In this document: piece by piece, positions 9,546-18,467 of the stretch
Layout of the letters: the number at the start of each line of letters is the position of its first letter
Position numbering within the stretch: position 1 is the first letter of the stretch
Source of the DNA: an uncultured Pseudomonadota bacterium
GTDB lineage: Bacteria > Oederibacteriota > Muellerivitia > Muellerivitales > Muellerivitaceae
Length of the DNA stretch: 64,000 bases
NCBI GenBank assembly: GCA_963770835.1
Contig: CAVYRH010000026.1
Location: forward strand, 608,001 to 672,000
Direction: 5' to 3'
Notes under the pieces: generated by a model
What the model was told of the DNA's origin: nothing
Database searches by the model: none
What the model saw: the letters and a program-made list of their open reading frames with translations, nothing else
Made by a program: the position numbers and the translations under genes

Positions 9546-9587
9546 TTGCCAAGCTTCCGGAAACAGGGTTCTTCCTTCATGACCTTG

Positions 9588-10691
9588 TTAAACCATTCCT
9601 GTTGTTTCCTGGGCGATGGCCCACACAAATCCAGCCAACTCCCGGGCTACGGCCACCACTACTTTTTGGATGGGCTTGTTACGTTGGGTCATTTTTAGAA
9701 ACTTTTTGTACAGACGATCCTGTGCTCTGCGGGCGATCTTTAAAATCTCCACCGGACAACCCTCCCGCCTTTTTTCTAAAACCACGCCGACCGACTTCCC
9801 ATGGCGGTAACTCCAAGCCGATTCCACAAGAATCCGTCTCAAATGGGCGTTCCCGGTCTTGGTGATTCCTCCCCGACGGATTTTTCCACCTGAACTGCTT
9901 TCACATATCCCCAAACCCGCGTAACCCATGAAATTACGAGCGCTCTCAAATCGCCTCAAATCTTGGCCTTCCACCGCCAAGGTCATGGCGCTCAAGGTAT
10001 CAACCCCTTTCAGGCACCTCAAATGCTTGACCAGTTTCCTGTAGGGTTCTTGGCTGGCCATCTCCTCCACTCGGCTCGTCAAACTCCTCAACCGCTCATC
10101 TGCCTCTTGCTTCCCGCGGACATATGCCTCGAAAGTCTCATGCAGTTCCAGAGGTTCGAACTTTTGGGTTTTCAGCCATGCCTCATGGGCTGATCTCCAA
10201 TTCTTAGCTTCTCGAAAGATACGACCTTGCCGAAGAAAGAAATTCGACAACCGGTGCCGGGCCTTTTGCCGGTCTTCTAGGGCATCCTCACGAACTCGAA
10301 CCAGATCCCGACAGGCTTCCTCTTGGATGGTCGGAACCCGCACTTCCGTCAGCTCTCCCGCCCTCCAAAGACGGGCCAACTTTTCCGCATCTCGGCGGTC
10401 TGTCTTCACCCGATCCCCGGCTTTCACTGGAATTTTCCCAGGGGCGATTACGACGCACTTCAACCCCTTTTGGGTTAATTGCCGGTGGATGTCATATCCA
10501 CAAGGGCCCGCCTCGTACACAAACGTTATTGACCCTCGTCCTTCGTACTTACCCAGCATTTTCCCCAATGCTTTTGGGGTGTTCTCGATTGTAAAAATAT
10601 CCTTCACATTTTCGGCCCTAGCCGGCAGGACCGCACCTACCACCGTATCCTTATGGACATCCAACCCGACCACCGTGATATTATTTTCCAT
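9588..10691 (-). CDS. IS110 DEDD recombinase/transposase
   Basis: VGLDVHKD, YEAGPCG, KTDRRDAEKLA, ESSSGG..RGGITKTGNAHLRR, AVARELAGFVWA. Confidence 0.95.
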   Translation of the reverse strand: MENNITVVGLDVHKDTVVGAVLPARAENVKDIFTIENTPKALGKMLGKYEGRGSITFVYEAGPCGYDIHRQLTQKGLKCVVIAPGKIPVKAGDRVKTDRRDAEKLARLWRAGELTEVRVPTIQEEACRDLVRVREDALEDRQKARHRLSNFFLRQGRIFREAKNWRSAHEAWLKTQKFEPLELHETFEAYVRGKQEADERLRSLTSRVEEMASQEPYRKLVKHLRCLKGVDTLSAMTLAVEGQDLRRFESARNFMGYAGLGICESSSGGKIRRGGITKTGNAHLRRILVESAWSYRHGKSVGVVLEKRREGCPVEILKIARRAQDRLYKKFLKMTQRNKPIQKVVVAVARELAGFVWAIAQETTGMV

Positions 10692-12343
10692 GAGCCAGCC
10701 CTCCGTATGCGGATAGGCTCCCTCAAGGAGCAACCCGCGAATTAGGGCCCTTCAACAAGGCCCGTTTTATTTTACGCAGGCCGCTGGCTCATTCATGTTA
10801 TCTCCGAAGACAAGGCGCGAATCCTTCAAAGGGAGCTATACCGAGCGGCCAAGAGGAGCCCGAACCGAAGGTTCCATGTGCTGTACGACAGGATGACCCG
10901 ATGGGATGTCCTGGTAGCGGCATGGAAACAGGTGAAGGCTAACAAAGGCCAAGGAGGAGTGGACGGGGAAACACTGGAATGGATTGAAAAGAAGGTAGGG
11001 ATTATTCCATTCCTGAAGGGAATCCAGGAGGAACTCAAATCTGGGAAGTACCGGCCTAAGCCGGTGAGACGAGTGGAAATACCCAAGCCTGACGGAAGTA
11101 AGAGACCGTTGGGAATTCCGGTAATCCGGGATCGGGTAGTCCAAGCGGCTTGCCGGAAGGTGGTAGAACCTATTTTTGAGGCGGACTTTCTGGAAGGCTC
11201 GTTTGGATTTCGGCCAAAACGCGGAGCCCAACAGGCCCACCGGGAGATCAAGAAGTGGATCAACGGGGGGTACACATGGGTAGTGGATGGAGACATCAGG
11301 AAGTATTTCGATTCCATCGACCATGACAAACTGATGGTGCTAGTGCGCCAGAGGGTCAGTGACAGGAATATTTTGAACCTGATCCAAGGGTGGCTGAAGG
11401 CGGGTGTGTTTGAGGAAGGTAGGCTTAGGCCGACCGTCCAAGGGACGCCCCAAGGCGGAGTAATTTCACCGCTGTTATCCAATGTTTACCTCCACTTGTT
11501 GGACAAGGTTTGGAATAAGAGGCACAGGAAATTGGGAAGGCTGGTACGGTACGCAGATGATTTTGTGGTGCTGTGCGGTAGCCAAGCCAATGCGGAAAAG
11601 AGCCTGGAGGTCATCAAGCAATTGATGGGACGTATGGGGCTCGAACTGCACCCGGAAAAGACACGGCTGGTGGAAATGGGGCCTGCAAAGGAAGGTTTTG
11701 ACTTCCTGGGGTTTCATTTTCAAGTAGGTATGCCAGTGGTAGGATTGGGAAAGACCTGTTGCCTGAGCTGGCCGAGTCGGAAGGCTATGAAGAAAATCGC
11801 CGAGAAGGTGAAGCAGATGACGGCGGGCCGAGAGCGACTCTTATCTCCAATGGAGGATTTAGCGAAGGCTTTGAACCCGGTGTTGAGGGGATGGGCCAAC
11901 TATTTTCGTATCGGGGATAGCCAGCAGTACTTTTCTAAGCTCCAATTTTACGTACTGGAGAGGCTGACTTTGTTCCGGAGGCGTAAGTACGCCTGGGAAG
12001 GACGAACATGGCCGATCGAGGAAGTGAAACGCCTTGGTTTGAACTGGATTCCAACTTTTAGCTCGTATGCCGCCGGATGAAAGGTTGTCGGAAAGCCGTA
12101 TGATCGAAAAGGTCACGTACGGTTTGATGAGGGGATGCAGGAAACGGAATGATGGGCGATCCTAAACGGGCACGGAACTGGAAACAGGGAAACAAGCCAA
12201 GGGTTAACCTGCACATTACTGCGCCTGTGTTCTACTCTACAGAAAAAAGACCTTTTAGTACTAATTTTCTTGTTTCACGTCGGACGAAATGTTGCTGACT
12301 GACTTGGAAGTTGGAGCATCAGTGTGATTCAGGAATTCTAAAC

Positions 12344-12931
12344 CTAAAGACCCAATCCTCGAAGAAATGCTTCTGACTCGCGCTCGAACTTTTCCCGTTT
12401 GTATGAAATCATGGCCATACGCCAAATGCCTTGGAAGTACGTAACTATGACAGCAGCAACTGTATGTGAGTCATAGCTTTTAGGAAGACGCCCAGCTTTT
12501 TTGTCTTCATCAATCTTATCTTCAATTAACTTTTTAGCTTGATTGACACTGGCAATAGCAACTTTCTTTAATTCGCTATCAGCCATGACATCTCCGGAAA
12601 TCATTGCCGCAATCATGCAAAGGGATGAAGGTTTCTTCGGATCATCGAGACAATCGAACATTGCGCTTAGCATAGCCCGCAGTCCGAGACGCGCATTCGG
12701 GGCTGATGTTAGAGCCAAAATTCTTTTATTGCCTTTGACCTCTCCATATCGATTCAAGCATTCGATGTAGAGTTGCTTTTTGCTTTTGACGGTATTGTAG
12801 AAAGAGCCTTCCCCAATTTTCATCGCCTTGAGAAGGTCTCTCATTGATGCGCCGGAGTATCCCTCACCCCAAAAGACCCGCATTGCTTGATCCACTGCAT
12901 TATCGTAATTAAATTCTATTTTTCGACTCAT
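12344..12931 (-). CDS. TetR/AcrR family regulator
   Basis: AMRVFWGEGYSGASMRDLLKAMKIGEGSFYNT HTH; divergent from the SDR gene. Confidence 0.92.
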   Translation of the reverse strand: MSRKIEFNYDNAVDQAMRVFWGEGYSGASMRDLLKAMKIGEGSFYNTVKSKKQLYIECLNRYGEVKGNKRILALTSAPNARLGLRAMLSAMFDCLDDPKKPSSLCMIAAMISGDVMADSELKKVAIASVNQAKKLIEDKIDEDKKAGRLPKSYDSHTVAAVIVTYFQGIWRMAMISYKREKFERESEAFLRGLGL

Positions 12932-12970
12932 GCCTCATTTTACTCAGGCGAAACTCAGTAAACAATCCAT

Positions 12971-13031
12971 TTGTAGCAACCGCAACAATAACGGTTGACA
13001 GTGGATGGGCCATTCTGTAGCGTATACTACA
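12971..13031. promoter_or_regulatory. Divergent promoter with candidate TetR operators
   Basis: TTGTAGC-aacc-GCAACAA (12971-88) and TGTAG-cgtata-CTACA (13016-31) flank TTGACA at 12995. Confidence 0.55.
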
Positions 13032-13079
13032 TTAAGTAGATGGTGAAATTTTCACAATGTCAGACTTAGGAGACAAACT

Positions 13080-14042
13080 ATGAAAAAGAATCTCGCACTC
13101 GTTACCGGCACTACGTCTGGTCTAGGATATTCGGCAGCCAAGCAACTTGTCCAGGATGGTTGGAGTCACGTGATAGTCACTGGACGCAGCCAGCCCGGGG
13201 TGGATGAAGCCGTTAATAGATTGAAGGCGGAGACCGGAACGCAAAATTTTACTGGTATTGCCCTAGACCTTAATTCCTCTGCCAGCGTGAAGAAGGCTGT
13301 CGCCGCGCTAGTAAAGCGAGGCGCACCCATAGATTTTCTCCTTCTTAACGCTGGTATGATGCCAGGCAAAGAACGTGTTGTGACAAGCGAGAACATTGAG
13401 GCTTCGCAAGCGCCGTTGATCGGCCATCACCAGTTAACGATGGGACTTTTAGGGGCCGGACTTCTGGCGCCGGATGCTCGTATCGTTATTGCCGGTGCGG
13501 AACCTGCACGAGGTGATGTACCCATGTTTCAATTTACCGACTTGGCGGCATTCGCCGCGAAAGAGTACAAAGGCGACCGGGTTTCAGCCATAGAAGCGAT
13601 TTTGCGCAGCTCCCCGAATGTAAAATACAAGGCTAGCACGGCTTACTCTGACGCTAAAATATTTGTCGCGTGGTGGGTCGCGGCCCTTGCTCGAAAGCTT
13701 CCTGCGGACATGGCCGTATACGCAGTTTCACCCGGAGCCGCTCCAGATACCCTGGCGCCTCGCAATCTAGGTTTTGTGATGAAGAACGTATTTGTGCGGA
13801 TTTCGAAACTTATTCCTGGAATGTCACATTCCGTCGATGAAGGGGCCAAAAGATATCTCACGGCCTCGAAGTTTGGCGTCGATGTTTCTGGCAAGTTCTT
13901 TTGCTCGCCTCCAAAAAAGATGACGGGTCCCATTGAGATCATGCGCCATGAACACCTCCATGACCGCGCAAATCAGGACGCCCTTTGGCGGGCGGTTGTA
14001 AAAGTATCTGGAGTTGACACCGAAATCGGGAATCAAAAGTAG
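13080..14042 (+). CDS. SDR family NAD(P)-dependent oxidoreductase
   Basis: ALVTGTTSGLG, LNAG, YSDAK (YxxxK), AVSPG. Confidence 0.9.
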   Translation: MKKNLALVTGTTSGLGYSAAKQLVQDGWSHVIVTGRSQPGVDEAVNRLKAETGTQNFTGIALDLNSSASVKKAVAALVKRGAPIDFLLLNAGMMPGKERVVTSENIEASQAPLIGHHQLTMGLLGAGLLAPDARIVIAGAEPARGDVPMFQFTDLAAFAAKEYKGDRVSAIEAILRSSPNVKYKASTAYSDAKIFVAWWVAALARKLPADMAVYAVSPGAAPDTLAPRNLGFVMKNVFVRISKLIPGMSHSVDEGAKRYLTASKFGVDVSGKFFCSPPKKMTGPIEIMRHEHLHDRANQDALWRAVVKVSGVDTEIGNQK

Positions 14043-14163
14043 AACCAAAACTGTGACCACGGCGGAATTTCGTTAATTTAATAACCACCGGTTTGAAAGG
14101 AGGGTTATGCCGAACTTACTTAGTGAACAAAGGGGCCAGGCCAACATTCGACATTTTAGGATT

Positions 14164-14241
14164 CAATAAAAAGAGCCCGATTTGTTCCAAAACCGGGTTC
14201 TTTTGTTTTTACCGCCATCCGTCCTACCGCGGCAAACCGCC
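14164..14241. repeat. Oriented hairpin repeat R2
   Basis: Exact 23-mer core plus extension CATCCGTCCTACCGCGGC. Confidence 0.9.
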
Positions 14242-14505
14242 CTCCTACGCCGTCCCACTATGCCCGAAGGGCTTCTCCCGACGTTCTGCTAGCTTTGGGA
14301 GACAGGTCGAGGGGCAGGCCTTAACGGCAACCCCAATAGCTCCCCCCCTCGGACCAGTTAATCTAAATTTCAAATAATTCGTTGTCAGCCGGGACAATAT
14401 TTGTGCGCAATTAGGAAAATTACAACCTTCCTCAATCTTCCGTTGACCCTTCGCAATATCCGCCTCTAAAATTTTCCCGCCGAAATATTAGCCAGGAGGT
14501 TGTCT

Positions 14506-16446
14506 ATGAACGCGCCCGTTGAGATAAAAGACGTTTTGGCACTTTTGCCGGAAATATTTCCCGGCGTCCAAGCAATTCCCCTCAAGCGGATCTACCCTAA
14601 CCCGGAGAATCCGGGACCCCCTGTCTCCGAAGAGGATATCCAGAGCATGGTTGAAAGCATCCTGGTGGATGGTCTTTTGGACCCCGCCAAGCTCAAGCCC
14701 TACCCAATCGAGCCCCCCAATGGCCCCGGCCTTCTGGCTCCCGGGGTGAGCCTGCACCCAGACAATCCGCGGTTAAAGGGAGATGGCACCCCCTGGAAAG
14801 TGGAGGATTTCAATTGGATGATCCTGACCGGGGAACTCCGCTGGCGGGCTCTTGACCGGCTTCAAACCCAGGGCTGGGTCTGGCAGGGCCCGCCTTCCCC
14901 GGGCCTTCAACCCAGCTACCGTCTGACGCATTTCGATACCACCCCGGAAGGGGCCATGCCGGCTTTTGCCCTCAACCCGACCGAGGAAGAAGCCGTCGTT
15001 ATCACCCACACGGACAATGACCCCCGGCAAAGGGGCTGGTGGGCCGGCTACCAGAGCATTGAACAGCTAGTGAAGGCCAACCCGAACCAGACCCAAGGCC
15101 AAGTTGCGGCCCGGTTAAAGATGGATAGGAACAAGGTGACCCGGGCAATTGGCCTCTTACCCCTCTTAAACGCGGCGTCAAAGGCCTTGATTAGCCGACA
15201 GTCAGCTAATTCAAATAAGGGAATTTGGGGTATTTCTGAGATGGCGACCTACCAATTGGCTGGTTTAGGACCAGGGACCGGCTTGAAGCCAGGGGTAAAG
15301 GCGGCAGGGGCCGAAAGCCAGAAGCTATGGCCCTATCCCGCAATACCGCCCGAGACCCAAGACCTGATCCGGCGGACCCTGGAGGTGGCCATTGACCGGG
15401 AATTGACTGAGGCAGGGGTCAAGGGACTGGTGGGCCATGTCCAGGGTGGCCATCAGCCGGAGGAGTTTGGGCAATCCCAAGGGGAAGGCACCCCTTCCGG
15501 GGAAAAGGCTTCATCTGGAACTGGGGTTGCCGCGTCGTCAACGCCCGCCTATTCGGCGGGCACTCCTCGCAATGACAGCGAAAATGAGGATGAGGAAACC
15601 GATGGGGCCGGTTCCCCTACGGAACCGGCACACCCAAGCCACGGGCTTCGGCTGGTAGCCTCCGCCCAGGGGGAAGGGGAGGAAGACTTCAAACCCATCC
15701 CCTGGTCGGAAAATTTCAATCATCCGCAATATGGGGTCATCCCGGTTAACCGAATCCGGCTGAATCGCTATATCGCCATCATGTACCAAAGCTACCTTGG
15801 CCTGGACCGGTATGTCCTCGCCATGAAAGCCACACAATACGCTTCGGAAATCAGTGTCCGAAGCCTGACGGCGGATGAAAATGCGGCCGACCCGGACCAT
15901 GATTACGAGCTGTTCGAGGGTGCCCATACCTTGAAGGCGGCCCAAATACTGGGTTGGCCCAGCCTCCAGGCGAAGGTCTATCCCATCGATGAAATGGAAG
16001 CCGTTCGGCTCCATAACCTTAACCGCAGGCTTTTCAGTCCCTTAACCTGGATTGAGAAATACCTCTGGATCGCCGATAGGGTGAAGGAGGCACCGGAAAA
16101 GTCGGCTGCCCAATGGGCTATAGAAACTCATGATGACCAGGAATTGGTGATGAGGGTATTGCCTGTGCTGAAACTCATCAATGAGCCTGCAATGACCGCC
16201 ATTGCCAAATCCGTCCATCAATGTTACCGGGCTGGAGGTTACGAGTTCGGGCCTGAATTCTCCCTATTCCTGGAACCATTGAAAGCTTTTTCAAAAGACC
16301 TGTCGAAAACCCAAAAGATGGTGGAACAGGTAGTCGGACGGGCTATTGAAATGGAATTGGAAGAGGATGATATCGAGGCGCTGGTGGATTGGGTCCTGGC
16401 CGGCCATGATCCCAACGAGTTCGAGGTGGAAGCCGTAGTGGAATGA
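14506..16446 (+). CDS. Tandem ParB-like protein (two ParB/HTH modules)
   Basis: IPLKRIYPNPENP..ILTGELRWRA..TQGQVAARLKMDRNKVTR; second module IPVNRIR..YELFEGAHTLKAA; RBS AGGAGG. Confidence 0.75.
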   Translation: MNAPVEIKDVLALLPEIFPGVQAIPLKRIYPNPENPGPPVSEEDIQSMVESILVDGLLDPAKLKPYPIEPPNGPGLLAPGVSLHPDNPRLKGDGTPWKVEDFNWMILTGELRWRALDRLQTQGWVWQGPPSPGLQPSYRLTHFDTTPEGAMPAFALNPTEEEAVVITHTDNDPRQRGWWAGYQSIEQLVKANPNQTQGQVAARLKMDRNKVTRAIGLLPLLNAASKALISRQSANSNKGIWGISEMATYQLAGLGPGTGLKPGVKAAGAESQKLWPYPAIPPETQDLIRRTLEVAIDRELTEAGVKGLVGHVQGGHQPEEFGQSQGEGTPSGEKASSGTGVAASSTPAYSAGTPRNDSENEDEETDGAGSPTEPAHPSHGLRLVASAQGEGEEDFKPIPWSENFNHPQYGVIPVNRIRLNRYIAIMYQSYLGLDRYVLAMKATQYASEISVRSLTADENAADPDHDYELFEGAHTLKAAQILGWPSLQAKVYPIDEMEAVRLHNLNRRLFSPLTWIEKYLWIADRVKEAPEKSAAQWAIETHDDQELVMRVLPVLKLINEPAMTAIAKSVHQCYRAGGYEFGPEFSLFLEPLKAFSKDLSKTQKMVEQVVGRAIEMELEEDDIEALVDWVLAGHDPNEFEVEAVVE

Positions 16447-16535
16447 GGGTTGAACCGAAATAAAAGGAGCCTTATTTGGACTCTTGAAGAGGTTCCTCAC
16501 TTATGCTAACCTTCATTAACTTCGAGGAGGAAGCC

Positions 16536-16787
16536 ATGCCGACGAAAAACCCAAGAATCCATGTTGTATTGGAGCGCCCGCTGTTCGAGAACGTGAAGGG
16601 TTTGGCCAAGAAGAACGGCTTGTCCGTCAGCTTGGAGGCCAGGGAACTGATCCGCGAGGCGCTTCGCTCCACGGGAAAAAACACCCCCCGGATCTATACG
16701 GGCAAACACACAAAAAACCTCATTGGGAAATTCCACATGGGCAAAGCGGACTTGGACGAAGTCTTGGCGAAACAAGTCCATGGATAA
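16536..16787 (+). CDS. Putative RHH/CopG-like antitoxin
   Basis: MPTKNPRIHVVLE..LSVSLEARELIREAL; overlaps the PIN gene. Confidence 0.75.
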   Translation: MPTKNPRIHVVLERPLFENVKGLAKKNGLSVSLEARELIREALRSTGKNTPRIYTGKHTKNLIGKFHMGKADLDEVLAKQVHG

Positions 16788-17187
16788 GGTTTTATTGGAT
16801 ACGAGCGCCATTTACGCGCTTTTGGACGCCGACGATGACCATCACCGGAAAGCCGCCGCAATCAGCCAACAGCTGGTTAGGCGGAAAGTTGTTTTGGTCC
16901 TCCCGAATTTTCTCCTGGCTGAATCCCATGCCATCCTCAACAAACGATTAGGGCCGCAAGCCGCCCGGGATTTCCTGAACTCGGCCCTGCAAGAGTATGA
17001 GATTGAGCGGGCGACGCTGGAGGATGAATGGGCCGCTTATGCCTCGCTCCAACAAACCAGCCGGGCGAAGGATTTGAGCTACTTCGACGCCGTCGCCATC
17101 GCCATGGCCGACAGGCTTGGAATCGGAGAGGTTTTCAGTTTCGACCGGCATTTCAAGCTGGCGGGATTGAGCCTGGCGGAAGGATAA
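16780..17187 (+). CDS. vapC: PIN-domain (VapC-like) toxin
   Basis: VLLDTSAIYA, LAES, LSYFDA, VFSFDRHF acidic tetrad. Confidence 0.88.
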   Translation: MDKVLLDTSAIYALLDADDDHHRKAAAISQQLVRRKVVLVLPNFLLAESHAILNKRLGPQAARDFLNSALQEYEIERATLEDEWAAYASLQQTSRAKDLSYFDAVAIAMADRLGIGEVFSFDRHFKLAGLSLAEG

Positions 17188-17251
17188 GCCATGAAAACCG
17201 GTCACACCTTGCGAATTAACGAAACAGAGGGGTCTGGCCAATAGCTTGTGC

Positions 17252-18182
17252 TTACCAGCTCCCGCTGGCTCCGCCGCCACCGGAAGAACCGTCGCCGAAG
17301 CCACCGCCCCCGCCGCCCGATGAACTGCCGAACCCGCCTGAAGTGGCGCCCCAAATCCAGCCTTTGTTTTTTCCTCTGCGGGCGATCTTGAGGGCTTTGG
17401 GATAGCGGAACCCCAGCCAAAGCCCGGTGACCAGGGCTAAAAGTCCCAGGACACCTAAAGTCCAAACGTTCCAACTTTCCGTGCCGTCTTCCGAGATGAT
17501 CATCCCCAGGGGAATTCCCCCGAAACACAACCCCCAGAAGATGATAAAGACCACCTTGTCGCTGATGCCGAGGCCGACCATGAGCAGGCCAAAGACCACG
17601 AAAACGGAAAAGAAAAGAGTGTGAAAGATCTTACCAGCGGATAGATCCAGGGGGACGGGATTGGGGTGCGCGGACTCAAAGGCTTGGCCCGAATCCGCGC
17701 CGGTCACGAAGCGGGCCAGTTGGGTCACCCCTTCCACCGTGCCTTTCCCGTATTCCCCCTGCTTGAAGGCGGGGGTAAAGGAATTGCGGATGACCGAACC
17801 GGCCAGGCCGTCGGTGATGACGCCTTCCAGGCCATAGCCCACTTCCACCCGCATTTTCCGCTCCGGCGGGCAGATGAGGACCAGCAGGCCGTTGTCCTTG
17901 CCCTTCCTTTTTCCCGATGCCCCATTTCTGGAAAAGGCGGTTGGCGTATTCCTCCACGGTCATTCCCTCCAGGGAGTTGACCGTCACCACGGCGATTTCG
18001 GCGGTGGTCTTTTTTTCCAGGCCGGTAATGACATCGTTCAGGCGGGTCCGGCTATCGGCGTCCAGGACATTGGCGAAGTCGTTGACGTAGCCTTGCGGGG
18101 AAGGGAATGAGACGTCCTTGGCCAGGCAAGCCGCCGACGATCCCAAGGCCATCAAGAGAACGAGGAGGAGTTTCCGGAACAT
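17252..18182 (-). pseudogene. TPM-domain (YgcG-like) membrane protein, frameshifted
   Basis: YVNDFANVL..WGIGKK | GKDNGLLVL..RVEVGYGLEG..GGGGASGSW; a 4-nt tandem duplication (CCTT CCTT, ~17902-17909) breaks the frame. Confidence 0.85.
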
Positions 18183-18467
18183 TCACCTAGAGTAGGGTAA
18201 AAAGGCCGCACTGGAAAATGGAATTTTCCAGTGCGGCGGAAAATAGCCAAACCCCAAAAGGGGAGCTGGGGCCGGGTTTCCCCTTTTTTCGTTTACCCCA
18301 AAAACAGCCACAGCCCTGCAACTAAAGAGGGCGGCCTCGCGTCCTAAACACGTCAACAATAGTCGCTTGCCGAAAAACTTTAACCGGGAAGAAACATCCG
18401 ATTTGTGGGGCGCGTATCCAGGGTTGGAAGCCGGCAGGCGGTCCGTGAAATAAAAGGAGGCGGTGAA

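Larger units (their letters stand above)
9281..10803 (-). mobile_element. IS110-family (IS1111-like) insertion sequence, 1523 bp
   Basis: CT core at both junctions (9279-80, 10802-03); perfect 13-bp subterminal IR ATGAATGAGCCAG (9284-9296 / 10784-10796); removing it restores the RT frame. Confidence 0.93.
9259..12080 (+). pseudogene. ltrA: Group II intron reverse transcriptase/maturase split by IS110 (join 9259-9280 + 10804-12080 = 432 aa; no En domain)
   Basis: Rejoined N-terminus MPQKANNSEDKARILQRELYRAAKRSPNRRFHVLYD; RPLGIP, GTPQGGVISPLL, RYADD, LNPVLRGWANYF. Confidence 0.92.
8734..12240 (+). mobile_element. Group II intron (interrupted by IS110)
   Basis: RT ORF; domain V AAGCCGTATGATCGAAAAGGTCACGTACGGTTT (~12093-12125); 3' end CTACTCTAC at 12240; EBS1 TGTCTAC (8982-8988) pairs with GTGGACA (8727-8733), placing the 5' end at GCGTG 8734. 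Confidence 0.88.

Noticed and set aside
8930..9865. Several ORFs within the intron 5' domains and the IS non-coding region
   Set aside because: They overlap structured RNA or cross the IS junction; no protein motifs
10878..12080. RT as a retron, DGR or defence RT
   Set aside because: It has a maturase region, domain V/VI and EBS1-IBS1 pairing, so it is a group II intron RT; no template/variable repeat pair was seen
14090..14118. dif-like half site (TTATGCCGAAC)
   Set aside because: The partner XerD arm at 6-bp spacing does not match
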